This document shows, one piece after another, positions 18,033 through 25,465 of a stretch of 64,000 nt of DNA (position 1 is the first letter of the stretch; each line of letters begins with the position of its first letter). Source of the stretch: an uncultured Gammaproteobacteria bacterium (GTDB lineage: Bacteria > Patescibacteriota > Patescibacteriia > UBA11705 > DATKZF01); the NCBI GenBank assembly GCA_964411255.1, contig CAYPKD010000006.1, positions 67,097 to 131,096 on the forward strand, written 5' to 3'. The notes below the pieces were generated by a model. It saw only the letters and a list, made by a program, of their open reading frames with translations, had not been told where the DNA came from and did not search any database. Made by a program: the position numbers and the translations under genes.

Positions 18033-18098
18033 ACCCAATCAAGCATCTTTGATTGGGTTCCCATCTTTGTTTGTTAAAAATAATAAATAAAGATGGGG
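18033..18098. repeat. Double-hairpin element E6
   Basis: acccaatcaagcatctttgattgggt tcccatctttgttt...aaataaagatgggg. Confidence 0.92.
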
Positions 18099-18120
18099 TT
18101 TCACTGCAAAAGGAGGAAGA

Positions 18121-18525
18121 ATGAACGAAAGGAACAAATATTTAATTTGCCTTTTGTTTTTAAGCTTTCTGATTATCCTAATGCTGACATTTGTCTGCAT
18201 TGGGGTAAATTTTGCGCAGAAAATACCCCAATATGCAGTCAAAATTGTACTGTCAATGTTCTTATCACTTGTTTGCTTAGGTTGCTTTTATGGAACGCTA
18301 TATGTAACTTTGCATTTTCATAAAACTCAAAAAATAGAAAAAGCACTCCAAAAAGCTGCCCAAGAACAAGCAAACAGATCAACCATCCATCCAATAGACG
18401 ACCCAACGAGGTCACAAGTCATTCAATTACCAGCTTACAACACATATGACTGCCAGCTTAGCTGGGATATTGAGATGGAATCTTTAGAGCTAAAAAAACG
18501 TGTATCTACTTCAGACATAGATTAA
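18121..18525 (+). CDS. Small two-TM membrane protein
   Basis: SD AGGAGG; two hydrophobic segments. Confidence 0.7.
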   Translation: MNERNKYLICLLFLSFLIILMLTFVCIGVNFAQKIPQYAVKIVLSMFLSLVCLGCFYGTLYVTLHFHKTQKIEKALQKAAQEQANRSTIHPIDDPTRSQVIQLPAYNTYDCQLSWDIEMESLELKKRVSTSDID

Positions 18526-18533
18526 ACCAAGAG

Positions 18534-18600
18534 TCCTAACTGTACACTAACAGTTAGGATTCCAAATTTGTTTGTAAAATATTTATAAATAAATTTGGGA
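18534..18600. repeat. Double-hairpin element E7 (most divergent)
   Basis: tcctaactgtacactaacagttagga ttccaaatttgttt...aaataaatttggga; sequence changed but both stems kept. Confidence 0.85.
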
Positions 18601-18636
18601 AATGAACATTCGAAATTGATATTTTTGGAGGATAAA

Positions 18637-19863
18637 ATGAAAACGCTTGTCGATTATCTCAACAAGCATTATCCACAAGGCTTTTGTTCAGCCTTAGAGG
18701 ATGATTTCAGGAAAAAGCACAGTGTCAGAATCAGACGCCAGGATGAACTGTTCCAATTCAAGTACTGGCTATTCGATTCTTCGTTTTCAAACGAAGTAAC
18801 TGGCCAAAGCAGAGGGCACATTGTAGCTTTTACAAACGGCAAGTGGGTATTTCGCTCGCGACCGTTTGACAAATTTTTCAACCGACACGAAGGTTTCTGC
18901 CCGATCAATGCAAAAGGTGAATTCGAACGGCTAATGCCAGAATTTACCTTGATTGAAAAGGCAGATGGCACAATGATCCAGCTCTGGTGGGATCCAGAAA
19001 GACAAATCTGGAGGCTTTCCACAACCGGTAGGATCAATGCTGAGGCATTGGATGACTTTCCAGACCTAATCATTGATCAGCTCTTTCTTCGAGTGCTTGG
19101 CAGAAAGCTGGAAGATTTGGACAGCATCCTCGACAAGAACAATACGTATCTTTTCGAGCTCTGCGCCAAAGAAAACGCCATTTTGACCAAGTATCCAACT
19201 GATCGAGCTTATCTGCTTACCTACAGAAACACACAAAATGGAGACTATGCCACCCTTCAGCAGGTCGCTGATCTGACCACAATTCTCAAGCAAACTGGCT
19301 GCAATCTGGGCCAGCTGTTCACAGCAAAACTTTCTGATCTGGGCCTGTCTTCTCTCAATGAACTCGCTGATTTCATTGACCAGCAGTCGAAAAATCCAGA
19401 ATTCCCAGATCCGCTTGAAGGTTTTGTCATTTGGCATGAGAACATGCCTGTGGCTAAGATGAAAACCGCGCTTTACAAGCAGTTTTTCTCTTTTTCCGGT
19501 GGAGACATGACATTTGCCAGAAAAAAAGTTGTCGAAGCGTTCTTTCAAGAACAGCTCGATGATGTCTGGCATGTGCTCAATGAAAGGCTGCTGGAACTGG
19601 CTGATTCACTTCCCCAAAAGGTACGGAAAATCGCAGAGCAAATCGAAAGACTTGCCAAAGAGCTATTTTCCAACACCTATCCAGACCGCAAGTCCTATGC
19701 TCAGGCAGTATTGGCCTTGCCAATGGACAAGAGGTTCAAAGACATTTTCTTCCGCCATCATGAGCAATTGCAAGCTGACCCCTCAAGAGCCTTTGAGTTT
19801 TTGATGGAAAAGCTGCAAAACCATGAGAACTGGAAAAAATTCATGGATCTCTGGCTCACCTAA
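18637..19863 (+). CDS. T4 Rnl1-like ATP-dependent RNA ligase
   Basis: SRG, RPFDKFFN, motif I EKADGT, TYLFEL, N.I...YP, EGFV, motif V KMK; ATG 18637 after GGAGG. Confidence 0.82.
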   Translation: MKTLVDYLNKHYPQGFCSALEDDFRKKHSVRIRRQDELFQFKYWLFDSSFSNEVTGQSRGHIVAFTNGKWVFRSRPFDKFFNRHEGFCPINAKGEFERLMPEFTLIEKADGTMIQLWWDPERQIWRLSTTGRINAEALDDFPDLIIDQLFLRVLGRKLEDLDSILDKNNTYLFELCAKENAILTKYPTDRAYLLTYRNTQNGDYATLQQVADLTTILKQTGCNLGQLFTAKLSDLGLSSLNELADFIDQQSKNPEFPDPLEGFVIWHENMPVAKMKTALYKQFFSFSGGDMTFARKKVVEAFFQEQLDDVWHVLNERLLELADSLPQKVRKIAEQIERLAKELFSNTYPDRKSYAQAVLALPMDKRFKDIFFRHHEQLQADPSRAFEFLMEKLQNHENWKKFMDLWLT

Positions 19864-19865
19864 TC

Positions 19866-19930
19866 ACCCAATCAAGCATCTTTGATTGGGTTCCCAGCTT
19901 TGTTTAGTATAATTACTGTGCAAAGCTGGG
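19866..19930. repeat. Double-hairpin element E8
   Basis: acccaatcaagcatctttgattgggt tcccagctttgt...gcaaagctggg; hairpin 1 identical to E6; TATAAT in loop 2. Confidence 0.92.
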
Positions 19931-19962
19931 CAAAGTTGACACAATACAAAGGAGACGATATA

Positions 19963-20244
19963 ATGGGAAATTCGTTTGAGGAACTTGAAAAAAAAGTGAT
20001 GCAAGACCAGGTTGCCAGAACAGCAGCCATTGAAAACCGCCTGCGTCGAAAATTCGGAGAAAAGTTTGAGATTCGTCGCAGACAGCAAGGCCTAAGTATC
20101 AAAAAGCTGGCTAAAGCAGCCAAAGTTTCAGAAACTCAGGTCAGACGGGCGCTCCATCGAGAACTCGGCGGCAATCTCCAGCTCAAAACCATTGTCCGAA
20201 TCGCTGATGTTCTTGGTTTGAATATCTCTATTTCTGCCAGGTAA
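19963..20244 (+). CDS. XRE/Cro-like helix-turn-helix protein
   Basis: RRRQQGLSIKKLAKAAKVSETQVRR...NLQLKTIVRIADVLG; ATG 19963 after AGGAG. Confidence 0.82.
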   Translation: MGNSFEELEKKVMQDQVARTAAIENRLRRKFGEKFEIRRRQQGLSIKKLAKAAKVSETQVRRALHRELGGNLQLKTIVRIADVLGLNISISAR

Positions 20245-20250
20245 ACATCA

Positions 20251-20317
20251 AACCCAACCGCACTCATGCAGTTGGGTTCCCAGTTTTGTTTGCTAATAAT
20301 AGTAAATAAAACCGGGA
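20251..20317. repeat. Double-hairpin element E9
   Basis: aacccaaccgcactcatgcagttgggtt cccagttttgttt...aaataaaaccggga. Confidence 0.92.
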
Positions 20318-20360
20318 CTTGTTTCTTGACAAACAAATCTTTCCAAAGTAGGAGGAAAAG

Positions 20361-22331
20361 ATGAGAGCTTTTTACACCATTCTTATGTCTTTTTTAATCT
20401 GCAACTGCGGTGGCGGAGATTCCACTCCGCCCACATCAGAAGAAACTGATGCTGGCCCGCAGATTTCATGCGGACCCAATACTATTCTGATTGACAATGT
20501 CTGCTGGTCAAAGGATGAAGCCTGCGACGGTGAAGACGATGACGGCGACGGAGAGACTGATGAAGGTTGTCCCAATTGGGATGAAATCAACATTACACTC
20601 CATTGCGACGAGGGGTTTGCATTTGAAAACGGACAATGCGTTCCACAAGAAGTGTGTGACAGCATTGACAATAACGGAAACGGAAGCATAGATGAAGGCT
20701 GTTATATTGGCGGGGCACTTCTCTGCCATTCTGATGATGACTGCGTTGACGCGCCCTGGGGGCCGTTCTGCGTTCCAGAGCTAATACTAGGAGTAAATAT
20801 TTGTCAGGCATGTCTTCAGGATACGCCAAGCGGGCAACATTCAGTTAATGGTGTCAGCCCTGGCTGCAGCGGCGATCTGCTTGTCTGCGCCTGGGGAGTT
20901 CAAGATGTGCCAGTCACAGATATCACGCCTGATGGTTTTGCTGGATTCTACTGGTGCGTCGAGTGTGTCAATAGCACAGATTGCCCAGACAACTACTTGT
21001 GCCTTGAGCAAGAATGCATTCCAAATTTCGAGGATGCTGACAGCGACGGCTATCCCAGTGACGTAGACTGCAATGACTCAGATAGTTCTATCCATCCAGA
21101 TGCTTTAGAAATCTGCGATGGGATTGACAACGACTGCGATAATGCCACTGATGAAGGCTGTCCTGTCCAAAACCACGACCAAGACAATGATGGTTACTCG
21201 CCGTTTGACGGCGACTGCGACGATGATGATCCCAATGTCAATCCAGGCGCTATTGACTGGTGCGACCAGCTCAATAACGACTGTGATGACCTAATGAATG
21301 AGGATGATCCAAACATTGGACATCCTTGTACGGCAGATCTTTACGATCCAGCCACTGATACGTATTTTATCGTCCAGGGCAGCTATGTTTGCGGCGAAGG
21401 CGGCATTGTCTGTGCTCCACCCACGCTCGAAGAGTGTCAGTTGTCTGATGAAATCTGTAATGATATCTTCGACGACAACTGTGACGGTCAGGTGGATGAG
21501 GGTTGCGAGCAACTCTCATGTGAGACAGATGATGACTGCGGTGCTGGTGGCGGCTGCGGCTGTGATCCAGACGGCAACTTTGTCTGCTCTGGCCAATCTG
21601 GCCTGTGTGTAGACGGAATATGCGAAACCACTCAAAACGTGATGGAATGTGAGCTCGGCTGCAACGAACTCGGCTGTCTTTCTGAATGCACAGAAACACC
21701 AACCGGACCAGCTGAGCCAGGCGATGTGGTCAAAGGCACATTTGATGCTCTCTACTTCATCTCCCAGGAGGTTTTCAGATATGTTGTACCCAATGAGACA
21801 ATGTATCTTTCCTGGCATTATGACAACTCCTGTGTCAAAACCATCACTGATCAGGAACTGGCTGACATGCCTTTGGCAGCAAATGTGTGCATGAGATATG
21901 GCACGCATCTGGTCAAAATCCAGTCCATTCCTATTGTCTATGCGGTCAGCACAAACTGCAATATCTACGAAATTGCTGATGAACAATCAGCTCAAGAACT
22001 TTTTGGCACAAACTGGCAAGATCGCATCTATGATGTACCTGATTCATTCTGGCCAAACTACACCATCATAGGAATTGATCTGTTCGGCAGTTGGTATCCT
22101 GATGGCTTTGTGCTACAGGTTGCTGGAAGCGATGATGTTTACCTGATCTGGAATGAGCAAAAACGACTTTTTGCCTCAGAACAGGCTTTCATTGATAATC
22201 GTTTCCAGGAAAGATTCATCACCATGGCAACTCAGGAAACGCTGGACTTTTACCCTGATGGACCAGACATCACAGGCTGCGAGCCTGATTTGGTAGATGA
22301 TTCTCAGGGCGGAGGAGGCGTTTGCCTCTAA
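20361..22331 (+). CDS. Lipoprotein with MopE-type Cys/Asp repeats plus a C-terminal domain shared with the giant surface protein
   Basis: LICNC lipobox-like; EICDGIDNDCD repeats; LVKIQSIPIVYAV...LFGTNW...DVPDSFWPNY. Confidence 0.85.
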   Translation: MRAFYTILMSFLICNCGGGDSTPPTSEETDAGPQISCGPNTILIDNVCWSKDEACDGEDDDGDGETDEGCPNWDEINITLHCDEGFAFENGQCVPQEVCDSIDNNGNGSIDEGCYIGGALLCHSDDDCVDAPWGPFCVPELILGVNICQACLQDTPSGQHSVNGVSPGCSGDLLVCAWGVQDVPVTDITPDGFAGFYWCVECVNSTDCPDNYLCLEQECIPNFEDADSDGYPSDVDCNDSDSSIHPDALEICDGIDNDCDNATDEGCPVQNHDQDNDGYSPFDGDCDDDDPNVNPGAIDWCDQLNNDCDDLMNEDDPNIGHPCTADLYDPATDTYFIVQGSYVCGEGGIVCAPPTLEECQLSDEICNDIFDDNCDGQVDEGCEQLSCETDDDCGAGGGCGCDPDGNFVCSGQSGLCVDGICETTQNVMECELGCNELGCLSECTETPTGPAEPGDVVKGTFDALYFISQEVFRYVVPNETMYLSWHYDNSCVKTITDQELADMPLAANVCMRYGTHLVKIQSIPIVYAVSTNCNIYEIADEQSAQELFGTNWQDRIYDVPDSFWPNYTIIGIDLFGSWYPDGFVLQVAGSDDVYLIWNEQKRLFASEQAFIDNRFQERFITMATQETLDFYPDGPDITGCEPDLVDDSQGGGGVCL

Positions 22332-22335
22332 CGAC

Positions 22336-22368
22336 AAAACCTGCTAGTTAATTACTGGCAGGTTTTTT
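22336..22368 (+). terminator. Intrinsic terminator (CCTGC family)
   Basis: aaaacctgctagt...actggcaggtttttt. Confidence 0.8.
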
Positions 22369-22461
22369 ATTTTAGAAAACTGATATCCAGGTTTGACAAA
22401 ACTTAAATAATATGCTATTTTATTATGATATTACTGAAACTAACATTTAATAGGAGTTATC

Positions 22462-22842
22462 ATGTTTTGGATGGCAGAAGGCGACTGGGGAGGCCAGATC
22501 TACTTTACTGTAGATCAGGATATGGTAAAAATTTCAAACAAACAACTCGTAGAGCTGGTTCGAGAACTGGACACCTATGCCTGGGATTGCAATGAGGGTC
22601 AAGGCTGGGATATCCGTCTGATGGAAATCATAAAAGAAGAATTCGACGGCATTATCCCAGGCGGCATGGGTGGCGGACGATATATTCCTGGTGAACTCTG
22701 GGTGCATAAGGCATTTGACCCTATCAAAGAGCATATCCTCCAAGTTCTTCAGGGAAAACTGGACAAACTGTCTGATAAGATCAATATCCCGCCTACTGAA
22801 CTGGAAAAATGGCAAACCGCAATGAGGCTGCTAGAAGAATAA
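22462..22842 (+). CDS. Hypothetical protein, paralog of 22931..23296
   Basis: Shared QIYFTVD..VKIS, G.YIPG..W.H; TTGACA promoter at 22393. Confidence 0.75.
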   Translation: MFWMAEGDWGGQIYFTVDQDMVKISNKQLVELVRELDTYAWDCNEGQGWDIRLMEIIKEEFDGIIPGGMGGGRYIPGELWVHKAFDPIKEHILQVLQGKLDKLSDKINIPPTELEKWQTAMRLLEE

Positions 22843-22847
22843 CTTTC

Positions 22848-22877
22848 AAACCTGCTGAAAAATTTAGCAGGTTTTTT
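22848..22877 (+). terminator. Intrinsic terminator (CCTGC family)
   Basis: aaacctgctgaa-aaa-tttagcaggtttttt. Confidence 0.8.
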
Positions 22878-22930
22878 GATTAAATAAAATAAGTATGATA
22901 ATCTTTTTTAAGTAAGACCTAGGAGGAATC

Positions 22931-23296
22931 ATGGGCGTCTGGATTGTAAAAAGCAGTGATGAAAGTCAAATTTATTTCACTGTTGACGAATCATTAGTAA
23001 AAATTTCTGAAGAAAAACTGCTTGAGCTGGCTCAAGACATTGATCAAATGGCAATGCCAACAACACCTGACAAAAACGTAAATCTTTTTAGGATTAAATC
23101 TGATAATCCAGCAACTATTGAATGGGTGCTTAATAAAAGTCAGGCTAAGGGCCAATATATTCCAGGACAAATTTGGATTCATCCGGATTTACTGGTTATA
23201 AAAAGCAGGATAATAGCGGTCGTTCAGGGCACAAAACGTAAAGTGACGCGACAATTGATTATTCCAAAAAAAGTTAGAGAAATAAAAATTGATTAA
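22931..23296 (+). CDS. Hypothetical protein, paralog of 22462..22842
   Basis: QIYFTVDESLVKIS, GQYIPGQIWIH; SD AGGAGG. Confidence 0.75.
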   Translation: MGVWIVKSSDESQIYFTVDESLVKISEEKLLELAQDIDQMAMPTTPDKNVNLFRIKSDNPATIEWVLNKSQAKGQYIPGQIWIHPDLLVIKSRIIAVVQGTKRKVTRQLIIPKKVREIKID

Positions 23297-23305
23297 AAAT
23301 AATTC

Positions 23306-23333
23306 ACCTACCAAACACTTTGGTAGGTTTTTT
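23306..23333 (+). terminator. Intrinsic terminator (CCTGC family)
   Basis: acctaccaaa-cac-tttggtaggtttttt. Confidence 0.8.
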
Positions 23334-23373
23334 AATTCGAAAAGCTAGGTAGGAAATGCGAGATACGACTTAT

Positions 23374-23402
23374 TTGACAAAATTATCCCATTCTGCTATA
23401 AT
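23374..23402 (+). promoter_or_regulatory. sigma70-type promoter
   Basis: TTGACA-N17-(TGc)TATAAT. Confidence 0.8.
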
Positions 23403-23449
23403 TTCTAATTATCTGTTCTTTCCAATCCAAAACAGAAGGAGCGCAAAAC

Positions 23450-24481
23450 ATGCGTAAAATCAGCCTCGCATATATTCTAATTCTTATTTTTTCAGCTTGT
23501 GGTGTATCTGGAACAACAAAACCAACTTGTGAATCTGACGCAGGAAATGAATGCGATTGTAATGAAGAAGATGTTTATTCACTTGCACCTGAAACGCAGC
23601 AAACTGTGATTTGTAGCGAAAGTACTCATCTTGAGGGCGATGAATGCGTTGCCAATGAGGTCGAAGGACTTGATCAAGATGGTGATGGATTCCCCTATCC
23701 TGAAGACTGTGATGACAGACGCATTGATGTTAATCCTGAAGCTGAAGAAATTTGTGATGCCAGAGATAATGATTGTGATGGTGAGATGGATGGTGAAGGC
23801 GTGTGTGCCTATGAATGTACGAATACATTTGTAACATATGATCAATCACATTCAGAAAATGAAGTGAATATCAACCTAGCATATACGACTGATTATAGTA
23901 CTGAATCTTCTGTATTCATAATCATGAGTGGATGTCGTCCTAATTATTTGCGATTTGAACCTCCTTTTATGATTATTGGAGACGCCTACAAAATGAGATT
24001 TGATGTATCCGGATTAGAACCTGGGGATGTCATTGAAAGATTCGTAGTCAGACAGATTATTGGTGAAACACCAATTCCGTTATTCTACGATGAAAGTAGT
24101 GGAATCGAAGGACGACTTGAACTTCGTACTTTGCATTATGAAAATGACGAGGGAGTACTAGGAGAACAAACCTATTCAACTTATCAAAACAATGACGGAA
24201 GTTTTATTTTTGAATATATTCCAATTCCAAATAATTTCTCCCCATACCTTACTTTTTCTCTAGGCCTACGTCACGGATTCGCCGGATCTCTTCAAATCTC
24301 ATTTGAGGGACTTGAGGATTTCATCGTAACAGGCAAAGATACCATTACCGGACGGCCTTTCCCTCAGCAAGGTGAATATGTAATGGTCTTGTGTCCAGAT
24401 AGAGACAATGACGGCGAAGATGATCACAGATGCGGTGGAACCGATCCTGATGACAAGTCTCTCTATCCTGACAATCTTTAA
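23450..24481 (+). CDS. Lipoprotein with a MopE-type motif
   Basis: IFSAC lipobox; DCDDRRIDVNPEAEEICDARDNDCDG. Confidence 0.82.
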   Translation: MRKISLAYILILIFSACGVSGTTKPTCESDAGNECDCNEEDVYSLAPETQQTVICSESTHLEGDECVANEVEGLDQDGDGFPYPEDCDDRRIDVNPEAEEICDARDNDCDGEMDGEGVCAYECTNTFVTYDQSHSENEVNINLAYTTDYSTESSVFIIMSGCRPNYLRFEPPFMIIGDAYKMRFDVSGLEPGDVIERFVVRQIIGETPIPLFYDESSGIEGRLELRTLHYENDEGVLGEQTYSTYQNNDGSFIFEYIPIPNNFSPYLTFSLGLRHGFAGSLQISFEGLEDFIVTGKDTITGRPFPQQGEYVMVLCPDRDNDGEDDHRCGGTDPDDKSLYPDNL

Positions 24482-24483
24482 TT

Positions 24484-24512
24484 GCCTGCCAAACATTTTG
24501 GCAGGTTTTTTT
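24484..24512 (+). terminator. Intrinsic terminator (CCTGC family)
   Basis: gcctgccaaa-cat-tttggcaggttttttt. Confidence 0.8.
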
Positions 24513-24671
24513 GATATAATAAAAGTAGAGATATACATAAAATTGACAAAACCATACAAATCTGTTAATATTTAAAATTGAAAACGTTAGCTGTTATATG
24601 CTGCTTGTTTGGTAATATTACTAAATAATATGGATCTAACAGATCTTTCCAATCATCCATGGGAGACACTA

Positions 24672-25283
24672 ATGCAAAATGTCTACCTCACACTAATTCT
24701 GTTTTCTTTTTCAGCGTGCTATGTAAATCCAAATCAATCAACCCGATTGACACAAAGCAATAATTATATTCCAACTCATGGATATAGTGGCTCGTATGAA
24801 TATTTTGATGAAACAAATCATGAAGATTTTGAAATATTTGTTGGAGAGGATACTATACTATATCCAGATACAAACACTTTGCCTGAAGAAATTGAAGAAA
24901 CTCAGAAAGATATTTACATGACAGATCGGATAGATCCCTTGATGTGCGGAATTTGCGTACAAGGGCAAACACCAATAGAAGAATCATGTAATGGGCTGGA
25001 CGATGACTGCGACTGTGAAATCGACGAAAATTGGGCAGATAAACTTGGTACTCCTTGCAGAGGCTATTATCTGGAAGGAGAAATTTTCCTTGACGGATAC
25101 TGTACTGACTTAGGAGAAATTATTTGTAACTCAATACCTGGCCATGGGTATATGTATCTTCAATGCTCCACTGCTGATCCAACATCAGCTTTCACAACAC
25201 CTGCTTATTGGGATAAAAAAGACGGATGTGATAATCTTGATGCTGACTGTGATGGAGAGATTGATGAAGATTGCGTGGAATAA
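24672..25283 (+). CDS. Lipoprotein with MopE-type motifs
   Basis: SFSAC lipobox; ESCNGLDDDCD, CDNLDADCDGEIDE; ATG 24672 after GGGAG; promoter at 24543. Confidence 0.78.
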   Translation: MQNVYLTLILFSFSACYVNPNQSTRLTQSNNYIPTHGYSGSYEYFDETNHEDFEIFVGEDTILYPDTNTLPEEIEETQKDIYMTDRIDPLMCGICVQGQTPIEESCNGLDDDCDCEIDENWADKLGTPCRGYYLEGEIFLDGYCTDLGEIICNSIPGHGYMYLQCSTADPTSAFTTPAYWDKKDGCDNLDADCDGEIDEDCVE

Positions 25284-25287
25284 AACT

Positions 25288-25318
25288 AATCTGCCAAACA
25301 ATTTGGTGGGTTTTTTTT
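25288..25318 (+). terminator. Intrinsic terminator (CCTGC family)
   Basis: aatctgccaaa-caa-tttggtgggtttttttt. Confidence 0.75.
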
Positions 25319-25391
25319 AATTCGAAATGCGAGAGGCAAAAGGTGAAAATTGCATATTTTACTAAATTTAGACAAAAAATACAAAAACAAT

Positions 25392-25420
25392 TTGACAAAT
25401 CACTATATAAATGCTAAAAT
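25392..25420 (+). promoter_or_regulatory. sigma70-type promoter
   Basis: TTGACA-N17-(TGc)TAAAAT. Confidence 0.75.
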
Positions 25421-25465
25421 TACAATCCATAACTACACTGAAAAAGGCAAAACAGGAGCAGGAAA

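Noticed and set aside
7443-19863. Prophage, suggested by the holin-family gene and RNA ligase
   Set aside because: No capsid, terminase, portal, tail or integrase genes; YvlD-type membrane genes are ordinary chromosomal genes, and this one sits among core genes.
13527-20317. CRISPR array
   Set aside because: Repeats are ~67 bp and divergent, and the intervals are whole genes of 0.3-1.8 kb; no cas genes are present.
12922-22331. Canonical integron with attC sites
   Set aside because: There is no tyrosine recombinase in the window. The hairpin with RYYYAAC/GTTRRRY is only ~26 bp, lacks L boxes, and four copies lack the invariant GTT. Kept only as an analogy.
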